Shown: in pieces, positions 9,988 to 22,901 of the stretch
How positions within the stretch are numbered: the stretch's first letter is position 1
Layout: the number at the start of each line of letters is the position of its first letter
NCBI GenBank assembly: GCA_001599295.1
Contig: BCGN01000007.1
Location: 981,791-1,045,790 of the forward strand
Source of the DNA: Sporopachydermia quercuum
Taxonomy: Eukaryota
Direction: 5' to 3'
DNA length: 64,000 nucleotides
Notes under the pieces: generated by a model
The model's input: only the letters and a program-made list of their open reading frames with translations
What the model was told of the DNA's origin: nothing
Database searches by the model: none
Made by a program: the position numbers and the translations under genes

Positions 9988-12522
9988 TTGTTTGTTTTTA
10001 ATAGAAAGAAAAAAAAAGAATGTTTGAAAGAAAACTAAAGCCTATAGCAATTGAGCAATGATACCCTTGTCATTGAAGATAGATCTCTGCTCGTAAGTGC
10101 TAGCTTAGGGATGATGTAATTGTAACACCAAAGACAAAACTTGATATTGATTGCCAATGAATGCTTGCTTGTATGACAATTGAGTAGTATCTGGACAAAA
10201 TAAGTTTTAATATTTGATTGTCGATTCAGTAAACCTCGGAAACCAGCTCCTTCATTGATAAAATAAACTGAGATGAGAAAATTGCAGATCTTTTTCTGTT
10301 TTTCTGTGAGGGAAAGTATGCTAGGAGTATTGATGGAATTCCCGGAAAATAGATGGATTCAATAATTGTCTTCTGTATTTGCTTCACGAATGTTCTTAAT
10401 TAATTATATATCGAGATAGATGATTGAGATAACTGAGATGAGTGAAAGTTTCTTGGTTCGAACACGGTAGAATTCAATTTGGAAGTAGGAGTAGGAAGAA
10501 AAGAGCAGCTCAGAGAAGCATTAAAAGAAGTTGAACGAGTTTCTAAGCAAAGTAAATAAAAAGGCCCAGATGAATCATGTGAGCTTGATTTATGCTAATT
10601 TGGTAGGTGTTTCTTCGAATTTGAATTCCATCAAAGCGCGACAATGCAAATAATAATCTCTGTAGATGCTCTGAAAATCTATATACTTTTTATTCTATAG
10701 GGACAATGATCATTGACCAATTTTCGTCATGATGCAACTGTTCAAATTGGGATAAATGAGAGCACCAAACTGAATGAAGACATTGTGATAGTATGAGGAC
10801 TATTGTAGTCCATCAATTTTGGTGACTATAGTGACATACTGGAGAAATATTTTGATAATAAAACAAGTTTGATAATAAATTAACTGTTATTTCAGGAGAA
10901 TATGTACATTTAATGGGCATATTGTCGCCTAAAATGATCATACACCAAGCACAATTTATTGAATAATCGGAAAACTTACTGAATTTCTTTCAAAAGTAGG
11001 TTAAAGTTAGGAGAATAAAATTTAAGGTTTATTGACTTTTTGTTTAATTTACATACAAAAAATGTTTTTAGCTTCCAATAAAATTAAGGTTAAGGTGTCT
11101 AAATTTAAACTTCTTTAAACCACCAACCACGAGATGGAAGGCTAGGCGAGGAAGATGATATGGTTGACATGTTTGAATTGTTGCAGGTGATTACCTATAG
11201 TAATAACTGTAGGGTTGTCAAACTATTATGACAACTCCACTACGCATTTTCTATTTGGATATTACTCGCGCATGTTCCTCTATTCTCACGAGGTATCTTT
11301 TAATTCAGCTCAAGCACTCAGACAACATTAAATTAGGGGGTCTTTTACCAGTTTCGATCTTTTGTCTGATATCGGCAATTATACGAACGTTTTTACTAAC
11401 ATGTAAAAACGAGAAAGAAGGTTGGTAGGAATAACGGAAATGATGAGTATCACAGTGAGGGAGACCCCACTTACTACTTACTGCCTGCTTATAAACCACT
11501 CCAATGAAAATAACAGAATAAACTCCTAAATGAATAAGAACCAGAATAAGAACTAGATTATATGCACATTATTAGATAGGGTATCAATTTGCATTACCCA
11601 AATAATAGCATCGTCCCTTGACTCCTATGTCAGTTATTTGTTCATCTAATCCAATGACCATATTAGGCACATCAGATGGTAAAGCATTTCACTAACCACC
11701 TAATTAAAGTTACAGTTTAAATCATGGTTACGCTTTTCATCTGTTACATACATCATTTGATCAAAAGAATGTCATGATGGATCGGGTCGATGTTGGACCA
11801 ATTTTGGATAGTGTTTGGTTATAATGAATTTAATTTAATTCAATCTCAAGGGAAACAAAAAACAGTGAGACTCTAGAGAACCAACTTCCGATGTTTGGTA
11901 AAAGTGAGATAGATAGTCGTAGGTTAAATGAAGATAAAATGAGGATAAAATGAAAATAAATGGAGAAAACTCAGTTGAGTTGTATGCCTAGATTGTCGCT
12001 TGAACTTTTTAATAAGCTTCAGAAGTGGCTTTTAAATTCGTCAGATGCGTTACCTGTTGAGGTAATCAATTTGAATACGATTCTTCTTGAATTGAATTTC
12101 TTGTGCTTTTCAGACAATGAGCGTTCTCTTACATATAAATTGTTGTCCAGACACCGCAATCCATATTGGTAAACCCCAAAGATCTAATGTCTAGAGGGTA
12201 CCCTGCCCAAAGTTTGAAATACTGCTCTCAAATATTTCAAACTTGCTATTATCAACTGAAACCCATACTGCTTCAGATGCGTCTAAGTTTGCTGGAAGCT
12301 CCACTAGATTCATTACAAAGATCAGCTAGCCGTCGCACTGCAACACTAGTTCATTACTTATAGCTACATTCTCTTACTTCTCCCTTCTACCAATCACGTA
12401 TGTCATTCCTTCTCTAATTACAAATCAATGCAAGATTCTTGGATCTAATTTCCATGCCAAGTCTCTTCTTAATTTCATTTAGGTTTATGTAATGTGCCAA
12501 AATCTGCACTAACACCTAAGAA

Positions 12523-12556
12523 ACCTTAAGCTTATATATATACCTTAAGCTTATAT
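12523..12556. repeat. 15-bp direct repeat ACCTTAAGCTTATAT x2 upstream of YPT6
   Basis: Copies at 12523-12537 and 12542-12556. Confidence 0.7.
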
Positions 12557-12945
12557 CCCAGCCTGCCACTTCAATTTCCAAGTTGGTGAAATTCTACTAT
12601 ATGTCTCACTTCACCTATTCTCTGAATTCGGAAATGATTATTATATATCTACAATAATCTCCGAAATTCTCAACACCCGATCATCACATGTCTCCTAATG
12701 AATATGGTCTTGCTCACATTATGTTTAATCGCTGTTTGAGAATGTGTAACACCAAATATGTACCAAAAACACTATCGCACCTTGTTAGTGGATCCATTGT
12801 AGAGTAAAGAATGCTTTATATGAAAAGTACATGAAAGCAAGATATTACTTACTATATTTGATATTTGGTTGATGAAAGCCACTGGGAATTAATAAGCTAG
12901 TGAGAGATTAGGAGTTAAATAGATAAGGAATAGGGAGTAGGAAAT

Positions 12946-14301
<1,356 letters not shown>

Positions 14302-14719
14302 TAAATAATCATAATTTGACGTTTAATGATAAACCCGTTCATTCATTCTGTAAGAAGAATAATGTGTGTTTGTTGGATGTAGTGCTTTTCCTTTTCAAAA
14401 AAGGTGGAGAAGGTGGATAGGATAAGTAGGTTATAAACTTCGTCGCAGTTGAATTCAACTACTCTTCTTGACATCGTTACGTTACCATTACATATCTACT
14501 TTCACATTAAATCATTCTCTTTCTTATTGCCAAGCGCGTTACTACAATCATAAAGATTGTAATCTCACAACTAGCTTTAACAGCATAGTATCAAATATAA
14601 TACAATACATCATTATTACCATTCATTTTATTTGTCTAAAAAATACCAAAAACACGTAAATATAAAAATAAATATACCAGTTTATCAGCAAGCATATCTA
14701 ACGTACATCATAAAGATGT

Positions 14720-16165
14720 CTACTGACTTTTTTCATTATTCACATTCTCGCTCACATTCTTGTCAACCTCAGTGGATGAACCTTCGACACTATTACCAGG
14801 TGAATGGTTAGCCGCCTGCAAAACATCGTCCATACCAGGTTGATTGAAATCATGCATATTATTACCCCAAGAGTTGAAATCTCTTCGAACTTCAACATAG
14901 TCATAGGCAAACTCACCAACTTGATCCTCATCCATTCCTTTGAATTCGGCAAGCTCAGTAGCCCTTAACTGACAACCGGGGATTTTATTCAAAGCCAAGC
15001 ATATTAGAGTAGTGAAAACAAAAACATAGCCACAGCAAGCGCAAATATATGCAACTTGAATATATAGCTGTTTATAGTTATGAGAGATCCAACCACCGTC
15101 ATGATCGGTAGCACCATCAAGACCTAAAACCCAATCCGCACCAAATAAAGCATTGAACACTAAGCCAACTACACCAGCGATGCCGTGCTCAGCTAAAACA
15201 TCAAGGGAATCATCAACTTTCACCAAATACTTGAACTTCGTACTGAAATTACATACTACACCAGCAGTGATTCCAAGAACACAGGAGCCGTATAAAGTAA
15301 TGCAACCAGAGGCAGGAGTAGCAGCAACCAGGCCAGAAATAATCCCTGAGCAAACACCAACAGTTGACCATTTTTTCTCTAATCTGAAATCCAATAAACA
15401 CCAAGTCATTGCGCCAAATACAGCAGTTAAATTAGAATTCCACACTGCATAGACAGCTCGCAAGTTTGCTCCTAAAGCTGAACCACCATTGAAACCTAAC
15501 CAGCCAAACCATAGTAGAGCTGTTCCTAAAGTGACCATTGATACATTATGAGGTCTGAAGTTGAGAAGGAATTGCTCCTTACGCCTACCTAGAATCCATG
15601 AATAAGCAAAAGCAGCGAAACCAGAACCAATTTCAACAGGACCGCCACCAGCATAGTCCAATACATTATACTTAAAAGCCCATCCATTTGAATTCCATAC
15701 CCAGCATGCTAAAGGACAATAAACTAAAGTTGCCCATACAAAACAAAAAACCATTGCTGGGAATAACCTTCCTCTCTCAGCAATTGCTCCTACAATAATA
15801 GCTAATGTAACACACATGAACATTCCCTGATAAGCAGCAAAGACCAACTCTGGATATGTAGAACCCTCATCACCTCCTAAAACATTTCGGAGACCAAATG
15901 AATCAAGATTACCGATATAACCATTATGAGCAGTTGAAGAAAACGCCAAAGAATAACCCCAGAAGTACCATTGAAAGATACCAACCACACCTGCCATTAA
16001 ACAAGCCCAGATCATTGATAAAGCTGATTTCCTTCTTGCGAGACCTGAATACAGGAATCCCAGTCCTGGAATCATGATTAATACCATACATGTTGATATT
16101 GTTAAGTAGGCAGTATCACCAGAGTCGAACTCCTGTGTACTCACGTCACCTCTTCGAACAAGCAT
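14720..16165 (-). CDS. MEP1: Ammonium transporter, Mep1/Mep3 type
   Basis: Amt/Mep motifs PGLGFLYSGLARRKSAL, QWYFWGYSLAFS, AIAERGR, DYAGGGPVE (Glu at the first twin-His position, as in Mep1/3), FRPHNV, LWFGWLGFNGGS, DEDQVGEFAYDYVEVRRD. Neighbours match the MEP1/MEP3 locus. Confidence 0.95.
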   Translation of the reverse strand: MLVRRGDVSTQEFDSGDTAYLTISTCMVLIMIPGLGFLYSGLARRKSALSMIWACLMAGVVGIFQWYFWGYSLAFSSTAHNGYIGNLDSFGLRNVLGGDEGSTYPELVFAAYQGMFMCVTLAIIVGAIAERGRLFPAMVFCFVWATLVYCPLACWVWNSNGWAFKYNVLDYAGGGPVEIGSGFAAFAYSWILGRRKEQFLLNFRPHNVSMVTLGTALLWFGWLGFNGGSALGANLRAVYAVWNSNLTAVFGAMTWCLLDFRLEKKWSTVGVCSGIISGLVAATPASGCITLYGSCVLGITAGVVCNFSTKFKYLVKVDDSLDVLAEHGIAGVVGLVFNALFGADWVLGLDGATDHDGGWISHNYKQLYIQVAYICACCGYVFVFTTLICLALNKIPGCQLRATELAEFKGMDEDQVGEFAYDYVEVRRDFNSWGNNMHDFNQPGMDDVLQAANHSPGNSVEGSSTEVDKNVSENVNNEKSQ

Positions 16166-16689
16166 GGTGTTATATATTCCTGTCAGCTGAGTTGAGTTAT
16201 GTGAATGTAGATGCAGATGACTTGTTATTGCGGTTACTACCAGCTTTGAGAGTGCTATAAATCAAAATGCAAGCTTAAGATGCAATTGAGATCTGTTTCT
16301 GAAAATATTATCAAGCAAATCACCAACTATAAGATGAAATCAACTGCAATAACAACACAAGAGACCAGACACGAACTACCATTGAAAACTTCATGCGGAT
16401 GAGAAGGGAGAGCAGAGGTATATATTTGAAAAGGGAAAAAAACTTTGTTGGAATCGAAACCTTGCACACGATTTTAAGTTAGAAGGAAACTTCTATCTAG
16501 GATAATCAGGTAGTGAGAGAAGATTAAAGAGTTTTCATTTCATTGAAGGAAAGATGTTTTAATATTGAAATGAAGAAAAAACTCTTGCACTTTCCGTACA
16601 AATTGTATGAAGGTACACAAAATAAGCAATATTTTCTCTATTAAGCTTCACTAAACTTTAAGTTTAAAGAACTTAATTCGATGCATCTT

Positions 16690-18316
16690 CTTATCAAATT
16701 TTAATTGAGGAAACCAATGAAATTGTAGCGATGTTCCTTCAATTTGTGTAGATGATATAGATTGTGATATCTAGTCCTGGGATGATTAAATAGTAAGGTA
16801 TTAAATAATGGAAAGCCATTGAAATTTGTATTTAGAGGATGTCTTGATAGAATAAATTTTCACTATCCATAAAAAGATAGCTTGGCAAAAAGTCTTAGCA
16901 GCCTTAGCTGTGAACCTTATTACTTCATATTCTCTAAGCACCGGTTCAATAGTCCTACTACACTTCCCTCATTACTTCTGTCAGGTTTGATTATACAGTC
17001 CCTTCGGATCGTCGGTTGATAATAGCTGACAGATATAGGAGTGCAAGAAATGGGTGATGAATTATTCTGCAGTACAATCAAGATGAGGATAAAAAGGGTT
17101 TGGCTGTTTAGGGTTTAAGCTCAACTATCATTTCATAATGCTGATAAGCAAAATGAACAGAAGGAATGAATTCTGTTGATGAGCAGGCACTTGTTCTAGT
17201 AGTTCGAGATCGGATTCCATTCCCTACTGCAAAAGATCGTTAATCTCCTTTATATATGGTTAATCGGGATTAAATTCTATATAAAAACATATATCATATC
17301 TAGCTAAGTTGCTAGTTGGGCAGTTATCTACTCGAACGTCTATTCGAACGATTCCATGAAATAATATGCAATGAGTAATTAGTTGATAATGTTTTGAGAG
17401 GGTTTACAGTTATCAATCTTACGATCAGTTTTAGATACGTATGATATGTAGGGAAGTCCCTTCAAATATCCCTTGGGGCTTTTTAGTAAACTTGCAGAGA
17501 TGGAGAAATCAATTAAAAGGGGAGTGATCTATCGAGACAAAAAACTAAAATAGATCAGAGTAATTGATTTCAATTGTAACGAATTCACTGAGATCACGAT
17601 CTCATGGAAGATAGATAGAAGATGTGTTTAGAGGACTTTGACAGTTAGTCATACGTACACAGTATGTATTCTTTTAAGCAACACCCATCTGAAGAAACCA
17701 TGTAAAATGTAAGCTAACACAATCAAATAGTTGTACGCTGTTCACCAAAAAATTCGACTATTGTTCATTTCAGGCCGATCCTCTGTATACTTAATCAATC
17801 CTGGAATAACTAATTAATCTAACAATTGAATGACGACTGACAAAAAAATTTTCTGAATGTTTCAAACAGAATAACTACAACTCCAGAAATGTATTTAGGA
17901 ACAATTGTCATTTGAACAACCCCATTCTAGTTTAACAGTATTCTGTCTGGTCCCATTGATTTTCAAATCAATTTTTTTCTACAATCAAATTAACATTGCG
18001 TTTCTGGTGCCTCCTTGACAAAGACAATCTATAGCTTTCTTCAATAGCATCCCGACATCTCAGATACCTTTTACAGCGCGAAAGTCGAATTTTTCATTTC
18101 TGCTGCAAAGCTAAGTATTTTAGTTTAAAAAGCAATAGGTGCTTCTCCTTCGAGCACTGATTTGTTTCGATCATGTACATATCGTCCTCTACCCTTTATA
18201 TATCAGTTCGGGTCCCAACCCCACAATAACCAAGCAAATATTGGTCCCTTTTCCCAAGATAAAGATATTTTTTAATCTGGGTGCGTCGCTATATCTAGGT
18301 TTATGATTCTCTTATC
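16690..18316. promoter_or_regulatory. GATA (nitrogen catabolite repression) sites in the MEP promoter
   Basis: CTTATC 16690-16695, GATAAG 17143-17148, CTTATC 18311-18316, plus several GATAA/TTATC cores in the 3-kb divergent MEP-palC interval. MEP genes are established Gln3/Gat1 targets. Confidence 0.5.
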
Positions 18317-19225
18317 TCTGAACTTTAAACTTTATTTCTTGAAAATTAAGTATATGAACTCCGTACATTTTCATTCACATTGGCCTATGAAGAACAATGG
18401 AAAATGCTATATAATGAGAATTCTCTTGCAAATAAATTTATAAGAGGTCGACAGAACGAGTTCTACTACTATTAATATGCATGATATGAGACGTGCATAC
18501 GTAAATTGCTTCTAGAGATTGATTTGTTGTAGATAAAAGTAGCAAATGTTGAGCGCTGGTAATTTGGGAACATAGAATTCATGTGCTCCTGTGATGGCAG
18601 TCGTTGAAGTAACTCAATTTAATTGGATTATATGACAGGAATGCTTCAAATTCAGACATTTGCTTAATCGTCTAAAACGTCAATCAACTATCCACACCAA
18701 TTCTCGCAGACCCCATTTCTGATTCTCAAGAACCCCAGGAAAGCTGAAAGAGTTTATTTTATTTGTCGCTTATTCAGTGAATTCAAATCAATCAATCGCC
18801 CATCTTGAAAATGACTTGCTTTGCTTTAACTAAACCCACCCCTGTGCATTATAGTTATGCATCTTAAGTCTCAGAACATTCCGTCCATTGGGTAGAATAA
18901 ACTTGGAAATCATGTAATATTTTCGGGTTTAAATCTTTGCCTAACTATTATTGATTACATCATTATTAATTCACTCTGAATTACTAAGGGGAGGTCCTCG
19001 AGACTGATTGCATATTGTCTTCTGATTCACTCCCTAAACTGGGATTCACACAACCTACCCCACGATAGATACATCGGGAATCGCCTTGCTATATTCCAAT
19101 GTTTATTGCCATCGGATATTCTTGTCAGAACCTGGATACACCATATTTGGATATTTATTGTCATCAGTTGCAGAAAGCTTATAAGTATTTCGAAGATTGC
19201 CTAAAACAGCGAAGAAAACTCCAAC

Positions 19226-20710
19226 ATGGCAACCATATATCTGTTCTGCTTGCCAACAACGGGTCAGTTGTCACTATCGGAGTTAGATCTCGGGTCAACC
19301 TCTGAAATAAGTAATCTGATTCCGCAAGCTACATTATTACGTAATTCCGTCCGTGAAAGTTTGAAAAACGCGAAACATAATCCACAGAATACNTCTTTTG
19401 TATCAGTAGTGAGGTACATCGAAAACTATCTGCCTTATCTGTTCACCATAGCATTACTACATCCAACGGCTTCAGAGTCAGCGGCATCGGAGTTTACATA
19501 CGGATATAGTCATGATCAGGTGCAATCTTCACTACAGTACGAAACTGGTTCCGACGCCTTTCGGATTGCTAAAGATATAAAGTTTGGGTCCTATTGGAGC
19601 TTGCCGTTCTCCTCCCCTAGATTTCCTTTTCCTAAGAACACGGATGAGCTCAGGAAGAAAAACAAGCTATTTGTACCGACGTTACAGGAAGAAATAAGTC
19701 TTTGCATACTAACCCTAATACTGGCGTATAGTGTATTAGCTGAAAAAGCTTTAGAGAAAGAGTATTCTCATACCGACGAAAAGACCGGAATCGATAGATG
19801 GAAATTGGTGTCAGGTTATTTGAGCAAATGTAAGCTTATGATTGATTTTCTAATCAAAAGCAACCCGGTTTCTTCCATTATGGATCTTCAGCCTCCCGTT
19901 TTATCGGGGTTACAATCCCTAATATCGGGATCTATTAATATGGCCTATCTTCATAAACAAGTCGCCGATATTACAACTGTGGCTGCCGATTCCGCCGGTA
20001 CATCTTCTTCATTAATTTTTCGCGCTCGGGTGGCTATATATGCAAGTCGCTGTTTCCAGGTGTGCCTATCCACATTTCCTGCTACGTTGATGTCTCGGAG
20101 GCTAAAATCGTGGCTGACTGATGCCTCTGCTTACTGCATAGCCCATGCGGATCGGTTCTTTGCATTCAGTGTGAAACAGCCAAACGTCAATAAAGTTGGA
20201 AAGGCTATCGGATTAATTCAAGCCGCTATTCAGGATTTATTACCTGTTTTAGATATTTCCGACTCTGGACCGAAAGGAAATTTTCTTGGATCGCGGAAAT
20301 CTAATCCCAGTGACCAAACTCGGAAGCTAGTAGCTAAAGTTAAATCAAAATACAGTAAATATATCAAATCAGTATCAAGTAACGAGTATCTACTTGGAAT
20401 ATCCGATTCGGCGCTACCGACAGCTACTAATATGGACAGTACTGCTGATGGGAAATCAATAGTTCAATATCGGTTAACGTTCTTTGCACTGAAGCTTTTC
20501 CTATCTCTTGAAGATGTTTTTGAGTACTACACAGCTGAGAATGATCGGTTGACGTTTGAGCCGATACCTGCTTATGATGAAGCTAAATCTGATTGGCCGG
20601 AGGGAGCAGAGCTTCCGATAACGTCCGAGCCTTGGGAACCACCGACCTTATTGTTTCCGTCTTCTTCCGACCAAAGAGTAACTCATAATAAACCAGGAGC
20701 ATATTATTGA
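19226..20710 (+). CDS. palC: PalC/YGR122W-like Bro1-domain pH-signalling (Pal/Rim) protein
   Basis: N-terminal YLFCLPTTG (PalC Y.F.LPTT), IENYLPYLFTI, GKAIGLI, ENDRLTFEPIP..WPEG..WEPP and a C-terminal di-tyrosine (AYY). Divergent from MEP, as YGR122W is from MEP1. Confidence 0.82.
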   Translation: MATIYLFCLPTTGQLSLSELDLGSTSEISNLIPQATLLRNSVRESLKNAKHNPQNXSFVSVVRYIENYLPYLFTIALLHPTASESAASEFTYGYSHDQVQSSLQYETGSDAFRIAKDIKFGSYWSLPFSSPRFPFPKNTDELRKKNKLFVPTLQEEISLCILTLILAYSVLAEKALEKEYSHTDEKTGIDRWKLVSGYLSKCKLMIDFLIKSNPVSSIMDLQPPVLSGLQSLISGSINMAYLHKQVADITTVAADSAGTSSSLIFRARVAIYASRCFQVCLSTFPATLMSRRLKSWLTDASAYCIAHADRFFAFSVKQPNVNKVGKAIGLIQAAIQDLLPVLDISDSGPKGNFLGSRKSNPSDQTRKLVAKVKSKYSKYIKSVSSNEYLLGISDSALPTATNMDSTADGKSIVQYRLTFFALKLFLSLEDVFEYYTAENDRLTFEPIPAYDEAKSDWPEGAELPITSEPWEPPTLLFPSSSDQRVTHNKPGAYY

Positions 20711-20806
20711 TTAGTAATCGATTACAAGTAATATACTAAATATATTAGTCTCACGATCACTATATATACATTAATAAAAAAATTACATAAATACAAGCAA
20801 TGAGCC

Positions 20807-21949
20807 CTATGATCGTTTCACTTTATGCCCTTTAGCCCAGGCAGTCAGAAAGGCTAATTTAGCCGAAGAGCTTAAATCATCTCCTAGTTTTCTTAACCGA
20901 GATGAAATGCTCAGTTCGGAACGGAGTTTGTTCCAATCCACTTCAACTACCGGAACATCTCGGGATGGGTCATTTGTTACAATCATTGCTTCCACATCAT
21001 CGGAAAGTCTAATTCTGACTGAATACGAAAGTTCCGACATAGCTCCAAAAAAGAAATTCACATAGCCTTTTGGAATAGGAGTTGTAACACTATTGGGCGT
21101 GTACTTAATCGAAATAACTTTAAATCTTGGATGTAGCTCCTTGTCAATGCTGACCTTGTTATTTCCGAGTACCAAGCTGATTGGCAACAAAGCCGAACCG
21201 TTAGATGTCATACCTTCAATAAATACAACTATAGGTCTACCCAATTTTTTCCCTTCAGCTACTAGCTGAGACGCAGAATAAGTGGATTTTGACCTAATTT
21301 TGTTACTGTATAATTCGGGTGCTCTTAGTGCGTAGTGGAAGGTTCCCCATGCCGATAGTTTAATTAATACCTCCGAAGAGGTGGAGGAAGTATTCGGAAT
21401 AACAAAGATAGGGTTAAATCTAAAGATGAAGGTTCAAGGTTAGCAATAATTCCTATAATTTCCGAGTAGTTCTGCATACTATGGAAATCAAATCGTATAT
21501 TCTATACTCACAGCCATTGTAATATTAACGAATCTAACGGAGAGGTGAAATTAACGGCAATGATATCTCCGGGTTGAGGGTACTTAGGAGATTTCCGGGT
21601 ATTTTCTCTATAGTACATATAAAGTTAGTACAAATGCAAGAGAAGCCAATTAAATAACCAACTCTTCGTTTTATCTGATACTCAAAATCGCTTCCGAAAT
21701 TGCTTACGTTCGTTTCACTCCTTGAATGGAAAACTGTATGGATAAAACACCGAGAAGCCACAGAAAACCTCGGAGAAAAAAGGAGTTAAATACTCCAAGC
21801 GTTAACCCATTCAATATCAGTACTACTAAAGCTAATGGAGCTCGGAACAGAATCAAAACGAGCCGAACAGCAATATTCGTTCCGATAGGTTTCGGAATGA
21901 ATGGTGCAATACCTGTTGCTTGGTCTCTCCAGTTACTGAACTTTTCCAT
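20807..21949 (-). CDS. LOA1: Lysophosphatidic acid acyltransferase Loa1/Vps66, 3 exons
   Basis: Exons 21949-21708, 21607-21512, 21419-20807. Introns GTAAGC..TACTAAC..TAG and GTGAGT..TGCTAAC..TAG. Start MEKFSNWRDQATGIAPF, motifs PQPGDIIAVNFTSPLD and VFIEGMTSNG. Confidence 0.9.
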
Positions 21950-22901
21950 TATACGCGGTTGGTTAAGACCAGGTTTCCAAACCAAAGTAACCCAAACAGA
22001 ATTCAACTAAAGCCGAATTTCTGCTTTCAATAGCCGAGGTTCGGAAGACTCTATACAGCAGAATGAAGTTTCCTTTCGCTCCGTCTAGACGGGGCCGATT
22101 TAAGTCGTTAATATCTACAACTGAAGCTCGTGAACCACCCCCTACAAGGCTGGAGAAAAATCATATCTTATAAGATGATGTCATCATTTAATAAAAGGAA
22201 CTGGAGACGGTTGTTTAGATACAACCCTAACTGATACTGAACACTTCCTCCCAGATTTCACGTAGACTAATTGAAAATCAAAAACCTTCCAAATCCCTTA
22301 CTGGTAATAAACTTTCCGGGCGAAGTTCATATACTGTGCCATTACTTCTTTGAGTAGCTTCCGGTCTGGCTCTTCTTTTTCTATTGTATCTCTTAGAGGT
22401 AATGTCACATCAGCTGTCATCTCACCCAATTGTAAACAGAGGGAGATCTAATGTGACATCACTCAATTTCCATTTCCAAGGGTATTTCTGAAGACTGAAA
22501 ATTTCCCCATAGTGAGAAAAAACGTGCCTGAATGGAGAATTCAACTGTTTTGTTACTTTTCTTTTCATTATCACCGAAAGCCTTTGCTCCATTTCGGGTG
22601 GTATCTCCGTGGATTTCCAAGGTTTCGGCTTGACAAATTTCTCAGTGTTTGAATTTCGGAAAGACCTTGCTGGAATCTAACCTACAGGACTGGTTATTCT
22701 GTGACAGGTAGTTGTTACCTTCGTTCTGGTTATTAGACACTACCACAATAACCAATCAGCACAGCATATTTGAGTCTCATCTCGGGAACCATAGCAGCTA
22801 TATCTTGGAGATTTACTGGAAATCTCCGAATTTCGGCTGAGTCATATTCGGTTCTTTCTTCAAAGTGCAGATCATATTGTAATCGATCTCCAAACCTCGA
22901 A

